Source: Candidatus Kaiserbacteria bacterium (GTDB taxonomy: Bacteria; Patescibacteriota; Minisyncoccia; Phycocordibacterales; UBA2100). From it: a stretch of DNA of 64,000 nt. This document shows positions 47,408 to 55,681 of the stretch, piece after piece; within the stretch, counting starts at the first letter, position 1, and every line of letters begins with the position of its first letter. The notes under the pieces were generated by a model. It did not search any database. It worked only from the letters and a program-made list of their open reading frames with translations, and was not told where the DNA came from. Position numbers and translations under genes: made by a program. Location of the stretch: contig JACROD010000014.1 in assembly GCA_016214605.1 (NCBI GenBank), positions 41,074 to 105,073 on the forward strand. The letters run 5' to 3'.

Positions 47408-47805
47408 TCAAGAATGTGTCGGGTTTTGTTTTGTCAGTTGCCCCTGCCAGCCTCCGAGCATTTTGCCGATTTCGTCGCATTGCAGAGAAAGCGCGGCATA
47501 TTTTTTGTTGTCGAGAGACTTGCTTTCCCAGAGGATGAGGAGCAGGAGCTTTATGGTATCGAATTTGCGTATTGCGGTGCGCAGGTACGGCAATTTCTCT
47601 TGTTTGGCCAAGAATGCGGCAGCCGAAACCATCTCCATCACTTCGACGAACAGCATATCTACTTTTGATCCGACAGTGTACTGATGCAGTTTGGGCAAGG
47701 TAGAATGATACTCATGCCACAACAAATAAGCCTGTTTGATCCGCTCCAGAAGGGGCAAGAGTCGTGCGGGGGGGGGGGTACGCCTCTAGGATTGTTTTCA
47801 CTCAT
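47408..47805 (-). CDS. avd: Avd-like four-helix-bundle accessory protein; continuous ORF only from TTG 47758, ATG 47805 is out of frame across the C11 tract
   Basis: LPKLHQYTVGSKVD, EIGKMLGGW motifs; located between TR and RT. Confidence 0.88.
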
Positions 47806-48837
47806 ACCTACGAGGATATCATCTCTGTAGAAAATCTCCTTGCCGCGTGGCAAGAGTTCGTCCGCGGCAAGCGCCAGAAGCGAGATGTGCAGGATTTCCA
47901 ACATCGCCTGATGGACAACATCCTCGCGCTCCATCGCGATTTGAAAAACAAAACGTACCGTCATGGCGCATACGAAGCCTTCAAGATCAATGACCCGAAG
48001 CCGCGCGACATACACAAGGCGACCGTGCGCGATCGGCTCCTGCACCATGCGCTCTATCGCCAGCTCTACCCCTTTTTCGACCGCACCTTTATCGCGGATT
48101 CGTATTCATGCAGAAAAGGTAAGGGGACGCACAAGGCGATGGATCGGTTTCGGTCATTTGCATACCAAGCGAGCAAGAATCATACGCGTACTGTCTGGGT
48201 GCTCAAATGCGACATCAGGAAGTTCTTCGCATCAATAGATCAAGCAATACTACTCAACATCGTCGAGAAATACATTCCCGACAAAGACATCAACTGGCTC
48301 ATCAGTGAGATCGTCGTGAGTTTCCAGACCCACACAACTATGCCTATAGGACGATCTGTGTGTATGGGGAGAAAAGGCCTGCCTGACCAGCAGGCAGGTT
48401 TGCCGCTCGGCAATCTCACCTCGCAACTGCTCGTGAACATCTATATGAACGAATTCGACCAGTTCGTGAAGCACAAGCTCAAAGTGAAACATTACGTGCG
48501 CTATGCCGATGATTTTGTGGTCCTTTCGCATGATCGCGCAGAGCTCGATCGGCTCCTTTCCAAGATCGAATCTTTTTTGCAAGATAAACTCAAATTACAA
48601 TTACATCCCGACAAGGTTTCGATCTCAACATTCGCCTCAGGAGTGGACTTCCTTGGATGGGTGCATTTTCCCGATCATCGCGTATTGCGGACGAGTACGA
48701 AACGACGGATGATGCGAGGTATTGTCGGACTGGAAAAAGATGATATGCGCGTACGGTCGTACCTCGGACTGCTTTTGCACGGAAATGCAGGAAGGCTTGC
48801 AGTATGTGTTGATTCTCTATGCACACCGCTTGCATAG
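47714..48837 (+). CDS. DGR reverse transcriptase; continuous ORF only from GTG 47764, ATG 47714 is out of frame across the G11 tract
   Basis: KPRDI, RDRLLHHA, DSYSCRKGKGTH, LKCDIRKFF, GLPLGNLTSQ, RYADD, GVDFLGW. Confidence 0.95.
47768..47778. repeat. G11 homopolymer, candidate phase-variation tract
   Basis: Longest homopolymer noticed in the window; lies within both RT and avd 5' regions. Confidence 0.85.
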
Positions 48838-48867
48838 AGTGCGGGGAAACAATGCTATGCTTTCGTT

Positions 48868-49020
48868 ATGAAATTCATGCAATCCGGTATTTTGCCACTC
48901 ATCGGCGCGATGATCGTTTTTGGCGTATCGCTCTGGGATTCCGCAATGACACTCGAAGCCGCGCTCGGTGTCCTGATCTTCCTATCGCTTTATCTGTTCC
49001 TTTTCAACAAGACCGGATAG
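48868..49020 (+). CDS. Small two-TM protein (missing from ORF track)
   Basis: MKFMQSGILPLIGAMIVFGVSLWDSAMTLEAALGVLIFLSLYLFLFNKTG; TGc-TATGCT 6 nt before ATG. Confidence 0.55.
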   Translation: MKFMQSGILPLIGAMIVFGVSLWDSAMTLEAALGVLIFLSLYLFLFNKTG

Positions 49021-49216
49021 AGTTTTTTACTATTCCCCAAAACGGTGGGATCTGTGTGCATCCGGAAGAGGTCGCGCAACCAAAAAGCCTCTGGCGATAC
49101 GCAAAACCAATTGTCCACAAATTCTTGCGATTTTCATCTTAGAAGTGTATTATGATCGTGTGTCCGTGGGCGCAAGCCTATTTCGGATAAGGAATTCCAA
49201 AGCCGAGGCGGACACA

Positions 49217-49663
49217 TCAGGTACCCTCTACATCTGTTGTTGTAGGGGGTTTTTGATTTTCGCCCAATTTCATCACGCTCCAAAACTGGATTTGACCCTT
49301 GCCTACGCGTCGCAGGACAATGCGCAGTTTGGTGTTTTGTTTCCCGACAACGGCAACCAGAGTCCAATATTCAATCTCTGCGAATACCTTTTTCCTGCTA
49401 CCTCCTATGGGGGAATAACGGCGTTCATAATTGTCTACCTTTTTAGCGTTGTAGATCACGGGGCGTATCAAGGGCACAAGGCCAAGTTTATACATCGCCT
49501 CTTTTGGATTTCTTGGGGTATTGTCTACCTTGAAACGTAGGTGGTTAAATCCTGCCATTGTGAAAATCACATATTCCCTCAGTGCGGGGCAATACATGGG
49601 AGTAAAGGTCTTAAACATGGCCTTACGTTCAAGAAGAAGTATTACGAATGGACTTGCCGACAT
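49217..49663 (-). CDS. CPR hypothetical protein, possibly BECR/RelE-like nuclease fold
   Basis: YCPAL..YVIF...GFNHL, IVLRRVGKG..QFWSVM. Confidence 0.6.
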   Translation of the reverse strand: MSASPFVILLLERKAMFKTFTPMYCPALREYVIFTMAGFNHLRFKVDNTPRNPKEAMYKLGLVPLIRPVIYNAKKVDNYERRYSPIGGSRKKVFAEIEYWTLVAVVGKQNTKLRIVLRRVGKGQIQFWSVMKLGENQKPPTTTDVEGT

Positions 49664-49765
49664 TCACCGATGTTATCACATGCCAAGTGCTGTTCATAAA
49701 TCATGAGCGGTACGATTACTATTGCTATACTGATACTTGTTATTTTACTCGCCAACGATCTTACT

Positions 49766-52700
49766 ATGAATCATTTCCGTATTGTGCGCTCCGCGGGGGC
49801 TTTTGTGACTGCTATTACTTTTATCTTCGCGCCAATTTCTCCCGCCCTCGCGCTTGGTGAACTGCCGACCGATGTCACGCCACCGATTATCTCTCTGGGT
49901 ACGGTCACTTCGATCGCCACGTCGTCTGCGACTATCACCTGGACGACGAACACGAATGCGGATACGCAAGTCCATTATGGGACGACATCGAGCTACGGTT
50001 CGAGCTCGTCGCTCGATTCGACCCTCGGCCTGACGCACTCGGTGACGCTTGCAAGCCTCTTGCCCAACATGACCTATCACTATCAGATAGCATCGCGCGA
50101 CGCATCTGGAAATCTGACTACTTCTTCCGATGCGACATTCACTACGAACTCATTGCCGGTCGTGGTCATTTCCGACACCACGCCGCCGTTGGTTTCAAAT
50201 ATCGTTGCTGCGACCGTTTCCTCCGTCGCCGAATCAATCGTGTGGACGACCAACGAATTCGCCACCTCGACTATCCGTTGGAGTACTGACACAAGCTACT
50301 CTTCGACGTTTCTCGTATCCGAAACGGCAGGCCCCACTCATGCCGGTGCCTTGGTCGGACTTTCGCCTTCGACCACATACCATTACTGCATCGACGCGAC
50401 CGACCTCGCGGGCAATACCACAAGCTCGTGCGGGCATACGTTTACTACCGCCGAGGCACCTCTCATTCCCGACACGATCGCGCCGGCCATTGTGGATGTC
50501 GCTTCTATGTCGCTTGAGCCGCATACTGCTACCGTGACGTGGACGACGGATGAGCTTGCGGTCTCGACGCTCGAATATGGCACGACGATGAGTTACGGCA
50601 CTTTGGCTACGCTTTCGGCAAGCGCGCTCCTTTCGCACGCGGCCGAGCTCACCGGCCTTACAGCAAACACCACGTATCACTATTGTCTCCACGCGACGGA
50701 TCTCGCGGGGAATATCACGAATTCTTGCGGCCACTCGTTTACCACGGCCGTTGTGGAGGTGATGCTCGACACGAACCCGCCGACCGTCTCGTCAGTTACT
50801 GTCGCGCCTATCACCACGACTTCGGCAACAATAGGGTGGACGACGGACGAGATCTCGGGTGGCTATGTGGAGTACGGCACGACCATCGGCTATGGCTCGG
50901 AGACCGTATTCGATACCAACCTCGCACTTACGCATGAAGCGACTCTTGCAGGACTAACACCCGACACCATCTATCACTACCGTGTCCACTCGCGCGACGA
51001 GGCGGGCAATACCGTGATAACTCCCGATGAGACATTTACGACCCCGCAAAGCGCCTCCGTTACCGCGGGGCAGGCCGCTTCGATACCGATTATCTCGACG
51101 CCTTCCGATACGACCCCGCCTTCGATACGCGAAGTGACTACGAGCTCCATCGGTTCGACCATTACGACGATAAACTGGACGACCAACGAGCTTGCCGTCT
51201 CGACCTTTGACTATGGCACGACACAAAGCCTCGGCTCCCACGCCGAGCTGTCCGGCAGTGGCTTGCTCACGCACGATGCGACCCTCGTGGGGCTTTCTCC
51301 GAGTACGACATACTACTATTGCATCCACGCGACCGATCTTGCGGGCAACGTCGCTGATTCCTGTGGCCATTCATTTGTCACCGGCGCACCTCCGCTCGTC
51401 CCCGACACGACCGCTCCGTCGGCTACCTCCGTCGTCGTTTCGTCGATTATCGCTGACTCCGCGTCGATTCATTGGACGAGCAGCGAGACGGCGGATTCGC
51501 AAGTGCAATACGGCACGACGATCAATTATGGAATGGAGACCCCCATAGAAGCGGAATCAAATTTTTCCGGTACTGCCTCACTGGCTAACCTTGCACTCAA
51601 TACGACGTATCATTTCCGCATCCGCTCATATGATTCGTCGGGGAATGTCGGGCTTTCGAGCGATTATACATTCACGACCGCCGCATCGTCGGGTTCATCT
51701 GGCACGTCCGCAAATGCGGCCCCCATTATCTCAGGGGTTGGCGCGGGTACGATCGGGGAAACGAGCGCGACGATCAATTGGACGACCGATGTGCCAGCCG
51801 ATTCGCTGCTCGAATATGGCAATAGCGAAAACCTCGGTTCCGGTGCGTCGTCCGCCACACTGACGACTTCGCATGCCATAACGCTCACGGGACTTTCGTC
51901 CGACACCAACTATCAATTCCGCGTCATTTCAAAACCGGCCGGCGGCGCTGCATTCCAGACGACCTCGCCAATGCATGAATTCACAACGCTTGCCGTACCC
52001 ATCATCGTCGATCCGGCAGCCAATATCACGTCTGTCTTGGCTCGAGTGGTCGGAAGCGACGCATCCGTATCATTCACTACTGATGAAATGACGACGGGAC
52101 AAATCGAATACGGACTGGATACTTCGTATGGTTCTGCCGTTGCTTGGAGCGAAGGGCGGGAAGCGGGCACGCTCTCGATCCCAGGATTGCAACCGGGGAC
52201 GTACCACTTCCGCGTGAAAGCGATCGATGTGGGCGACAACATTACGTATTCGGAAGACCACACGTTCATGATTGCCGGAAGCTCTTTCGCGACTTCCACA
52301 CAAGCGCAAACTCAAACTTCAGATGGCAGTTCTTCAAGTGTTGCGGCGCCCGCCTCCGCTGTGTCAAGTGCGGCTCTGGCGGGCAATGGCGGAGGCGGCA
52401 GTTTCGCACTCGCCGTCTCGACGCCGGTACCCAACGTCGTCACGGCGGAAGGTGTCGACTCGCAGATCGTGTTCGCGTGGAGGAATCCGGAGACTTCTAA
52501 TTTTGCCGGTACGGTCGTGCTTCGCAAAGCAGGCGGCTACCCAAGCGGTCCACATGACGGGACTGTGATCTACAATGGCTCGGCACAAACATTCACTGAT
52601 ACGTCTCTTACGAACGGGACGACCTACTATTACTCCCTGTATTCATACAATTCAACGAATCAGTATTCCAATCCGATACACGTATCGACTGCGCCGAAAG

Positions 52701-53245
52701 CGGGAGTGACTGAAGTGAAGATTGATAGAAACGTCGTCCTGGAAAACGCGCTTCCGGCGGAACACTTCATGGAGAATTTGAAACTCGGCGACCAGAATCT
52801 CGAAGTGGAACACTTGCAGCAAGTCTTGAACACTGTGAGTCTGCACCAGAGTCGCCTCACAACCGGTTATTTCGGTCCGCTCACACAGGCGGCACTCAAG
52901 AAATTCCAAGCCACGTATAATCTGCCCCAGACGGGAGTGACGGATCCGGCCACGCGTACAGTATTGGATTCGATCTCTCAAGGATGGATGGTTGAAGGCG
53001 CACCCACCGACATAGCGCTCTTGCAAAAAGATCTCAAGCGGGGCGATAGCGGCGATGATGTCGGCAATCTGCAGGAATTTCTGGCCTTCGAAGGAAGTTA
53101 TGACGAGGCGATCATCTCAAGTTATTTTGGCCTGCTTACTCATGGTGGCGTCAAAGACTTCCAGACAAGGTATGGCGTGACCCCCGTTTCCGGTATCGTC
53201 GGACCCAAGACGCGACACACGATACAGACAGTACTGGGACTCTAA
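49766..53245 (+). CDS. Large secreted fibronectin-III repeat protein with two C-terminal peptidoglycan-binding domains
   Basis: About 7 repeats of ATITWTT...YGTT..YG...H...L..L...TTYHY; TGYFGPLTQAALKKFQ; SYFGLLTHGGVKDFQ. Confidence 0.88.
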   Translation: MNHFRIVRSAGAFVTAITFIFAPISPALALGELPTDVTPPIISLGTVTSIATSSATITWTTNTNADTQVHYGTTSSYGSSSSLDSTLGLTHSVTLASLLPNMTYHYQIASRDASGNLTTSSDATFTTNSLPVVVISDTTPPLVSNIVAATVSSVAESIVWTTNEFATSTIRWSTDTSYSSTFLVSETAGPTHAGALVGLSPSTTYHYCIDATDLAGNTTSSCGHTFTTAEAPLIPDTIAPAIVDVASMSLEPHTATVTWTTDELAVSTLEYGTTMSYGTLATLSASALLSHAAELTGLTANTTYHYCLHATDLAGNITNSCGHSFTTAVVEVMLDTNPPTVSSVTVAPITTTSATIGWTTDEISGGYVEYGTTIGYGSETVFDTNLALTHEATLAGLTPDTIYHYRVHSRDEAGNTVITPDETFTTPQSASVTAGQAASIPIISTPSDTTPPSIREVTTSSIGSTITTINWTTNELAVSTFDYGTTQSLGSHAELSGSGLLTHDATLVGLSPSTTYYYCIHATDLAGNVADSCGHSFVTGAPPLVPDTTAPSATSVVVSSIIADSASIHWTSSETADSQVQYGTTINYGMETPIEAESNFSGTASLANLALNTTYHFRIRSYDSSGNVGLSSDYTFTTAASSGSSGTSANAAPIISGVGAGTIGETSATINWTTDVPADSLLEYGNSENLGSGASSATLTTSHAITLTGLSSDTNYQFRVISKPAGGAAFQTTSPMHEFTTLAVPIIVDPAANITSVLARVVGSDASVSFTTDEMTTGQIEYGLDTSYGSAVAWSEGREAGTLSIPGLQPGTYHFRVKAIDVGDNITYSEDHTFMIAGSSFATSTQAQTQTSDGSSSSVAAPASAVSSAALAGNGGGGSFALAVSTPVPNVVTAEGVDSQIVFAWRNPETSNFAGTVVLRKAGGYPSGPHDGTVIYNGSAQTFTDTSLTNGTTYYYSLYSYNSTNQYSNPIHVSTAPKAGVTEVKIDRNVVLENALPAEHFMENLKLGDQNLEVEHLQQVLNTVSLHQSRLTTGYFGPLTQAALKKFQATYNLPQTGVTDPATRTVLDSISQGWMVEGAPTDIALLQKDLKRGDSGDDVGNLQEFLAFEGSYDEAIISSYFGLLTHGGVKDFQTRYGVTPVSGIVGPKTRHTIQTVLGL

Positions 53246-53298
53246 GGCTTTGATTCGCACCAACCTAACGAAATAAATGGTGGATCGTTGGGAGAATG

Positions 53299-53372
53299 TG
53301 CGCGGTGAGGGATTTGAACCCCCGACCATCGACGTGTAAAGTCGCCGCTCTACCGGCCTGAGCTAACCGCGC
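53299..53372 (-). tRNA. tRNA-Val(UAC)
   Basis: CGAC-TTTACAC-GTCG, GGTTCAAATCC. Confidence 0.94.
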
Positions 53373-53467
53373 GTCACTGCACTTTACCGCAGATCAAGGG
53401 AGATAACAAACAGCACCTGTGAATAATATCTCTTGCACATACCAGTCATGGGTTCTAAAATAGTTCA

Positions 53468-54172
53468 ATGCGCAAGCTTGAAAAGATTGAGGCGAGGAGA
53501 CTAAGAAAACAAGGAAAATCAATAAAAGAGATCGAACGACTTATTGGGGTCAGACGATCGAGTGTCAGTGTGTGGGTGAGGGACATCTCTCTCACTGCAG
53601 CACAAAAAAAGAGACTCGCGGGGCGCGGACACTCACTTGAGGTCTCTGAAAAGAGACGGCAAAGTCGTTTGTCGAATGAAACTAAAGTGCGGATGGAGTT
53701 TTTGCATGAGGGGCTCCGAGATATTGAAGTAATGCGAGAGATCGACCTTTTCGCGCTTGGTATGGGGCTCTATTGGGGCGAAGGATCAAAAACGAATCGA
53801 GGGGCCATCGAACTATCAAACACTGACCCACGAATCATTCAGATATATGTGATGTTTCTCACCAAAGTGTGCGGATTTTCAATGGAAAAGCTCCATGCGC
53901 ATATTGGACTGCACTCGCATCTCTCAATTACGAAAGCTGAACACTATTGGTCACGAATATCCGGTATCCCCCTCAGTCAATTTCAAAAGACCTCAATCCA
54001 ACACAGTATCAGTGGCAGGGGCGAAAGAGACCATCTTCCATTCGGGACATTTTCTGTCGGAGTTTACGATACGGCGGCAAGGCTTCGACTGGAGGGGTGG
54101 ACGCAAGGTATCTATAAAAAACTTTTTCCAAGCCAGAGCGCCCTCCATGACCTAACCAAATTGCGCGTATAA
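53468..54172 (+). CDS. CPR HTH + LAGLIDADG-like protein
   Basis: LRKQGKSIKEI...V.RSSVSVW; GLYWGEGSK, SNTDP, YWS.I.GIP..QF. Confidence 0.75.
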   Translation: MRKLEKIEARRLRKQGKSIKEIERLIGVRRSSVSVWVRDISLTAAQKKRLAGRGHSLEVSEKRRQSRLSNETKVRMEFLHEGLRDIEVMREIDLFALGMGLYWGEGSKTNRGAIELSNTDPRIIQIYVMFLTKVCGFSMEKLHAHIGLHSHLSITKAEHYWSRISGIPLSQFQKTSIQHSISGRGERDHLPFGTFSVGVYDTAARLRLEGWTQGIYKKLFPSQSALHDLTKLRV

Positions 54173-54219
54173 GGATATTTGTCTTTTGAAAGGCTTAATG
54201 CTATAGTGTCCGTCACTGT

Positions 54220-54678
54220 ATGGAAAACGTGATCAAGGTATCAGGAGTCGACATGGAGGCGCGCAAGGCGCTTGGTATTCGCGCAGGCGATACCGTCCGT
54301 GTATGGCAAAAGATCGAGGAAAAGGGCAAAATCCGCCTCCAGGCTTTTGAGGGCCTTGTCCTTGCGGTCAAGCATGGTTCTGAGGCTGGCGGCACCTTTA
54401 CGGTGCGTCGCGTGGCTTCCGGCGTCGGCGTCGAGAAGATCTTCCCGCTTTATTCTCCTATGATCGACAAGATCCAGATCATCAAGCGTGCGACCGTCCG
54501 TAGCTCCAAGCTCTACTACATCCGTGAAAAGGTTTCGCGCGAAGCCCGCCGTCTCTTGCGTCGTACGCGCATGATGGGACAGACCACATCCGACCTTGAA
54601 AAAGGGGAGGAGGTCCCTGTTGATGAATCCACCACCGAAGTCGAAGCAGGGTCGGTGGCCGAAGTCGCTGCTGAGTAA
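54220..54678 (+). CDS. rplS: 50S ribosomal protein L19
   Basis: GDTVRV, RLQAFEG, TFTVRR..SGVGVEKIFPLYSP, KLYYIR. Confidence 0.97.
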   Translation: MENVIKVSGVDMEARKALGIRAGDTVRVWQKIEEKGKIRLQAFEGLVLAVKHGSEAGGTFTVRRVASGVGVEKIFPLYSPMIDKIQIIKRATVRSSKLYYIREKVSREARRLLRRTRMMGQTTSDLEKGEEVPVDESTTEVEAGSVAEVAAE

Positions 54679-54694
54679 GCAGAATAAAAATGGT

Positions 54695-55327
54695 TTAGGT
54701 TTTAGGTTTGTCAAGATCGTTAAGATCAAAACCAAGCGTGGGGAAAATAAGATTTCTTAGATGGATTCCTCCGACAAGAAACACTGTATCTAGATCAGCG
54801 CCAGCTTTAAACGCCCCTCTCTTTAATTCCTCCATTACCTCGGGGCAATGTGTAGGTATTTCCGCTACGGTATCCAAGACGGCTTTCTCGGCATCGTAAG
54901 GATTTGCAACGCCCTTTTTTCGAACAACTTCAAGTAACGTTTCCTTTTTGCTTTCAACAATCTCTTTAATGCCGCTGATATCAAGAATAGTCCTGCCACG
55001 ATCATTTAGTTGGCGCGGAGAGTGTGAGGGAGCAAACTTGTCCTTCCACAGAGTCTCTACGCGGTCTTCGACAACCATAAACCGTTCTCGAACATCTTTC
55101 AGGTCGGGGCTGATATTTTCGGTCAGCACCCTACTCACATTTTTTAAAGAATTTCTCAGTGTGCCCCAGGCGATGCCTGCACCGATTAGAATGACGGCAA
55201 GACCAAATAGGGCTTGCACGGTATCAATCTGGATTGTTGGCGGAATACCTTGTTGGGGCGTAGGAGCTAGTTGTACGGCGGAGGTTGTTTGTAAGATTTC
55301 CTGAGAATTTGTGAGTGAAGTAGCCAT
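54695..55327 (-). CDS. Hypothetical one-TM protein
   Basis: TM + coiled coil, HSPRQLNDRG motif; AT-richer. Confidence 0.65.
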   Translation of the reverse strand: MATSLTNSQEILQTTSAVQLAPTPQQGIPPTIQIDTVQALFGLAVILIGAGIAWGTLRNSLKNVSRVLTENISPDLKDVRERFMVVEDRVETLWKDKFAPSHSPRQLNDRGRTILDISGIKEIVESKKETLLEVVRKKGVANPYDAEKAVLDTVAEIPTHCPEVMEELKRGAFKAGADLDTVFLVGGIHLRNLIFPTLGFDLNDLDKPKT

Positions 55328-55480
55328 ACGAGTATGTTTACATTTTATAACGGGATGGTCGTGAAGTATATGCGAAGATACTTACAACCGCAATCTGTAA
55401 AAGATTGAAAATAGAGGAATCCTTGCGTATACTAGGCGAACGTCTTTAGTATAGGTTTTTAGGACTATTGACAATAAACT

Positions 55481-55562
55481 GCCCGGGTGCTGAAATTGGT
55501 ATACAGGCATGCTTGAGGTGCATGTGTCGCAAGACGTGGAGGTTCAAGTCCTCTCCCGGGCA
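55481..55562 (+). tRNA. tRNA-Leu(GAG)
   Basis: CATGC-TTGAGGT-GCATG, long variable arm, GGTTCAAGTCC. Confidence 0.95.
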
Positions 55563-55681
55563 CAAAACAAAAATCGTCGGATGCATCGCGTCCGGCGGTT
55601 TTTGTCTTTGTAGCCAATAGTGCGCTGGTGGGTAAGTGCCCTTGAAGAGAAAAATTATTGGTATTCTGGAATGAATACCCT

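Larger units (their letters stand above)
46334..48837. mobile_element. Diversity-generating retroelement (target-VR, TR, avd, RT)
   Basis: VR/TR pair with adenine-only mismatches, Avd-like ORF, DGR-type RT. Confidence 0.96.

Noticed and set aside
46503-47684. 393-aa ORF spanning target, TR and antisense avd
   Set aside because: Alternate frame of the target plus the naturally stop-free TR and the avd antisense; no start signals or domain beyond the TR-encoded VR copy.
47764-48837. RT as a group II intron or retron
   Set aside because: No maturase/endonuclease domain or intron domain V seen; the GNLTSQ motif, Avd and the TR/VR pair indicate a DGR.
49900-52270. Internal DNA repeats in the FN3 gene as extra VR/TR pairs
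   Set aside because: Differences are mostly at synonymous positions and not adenine-specific; ordinary domain duplication.
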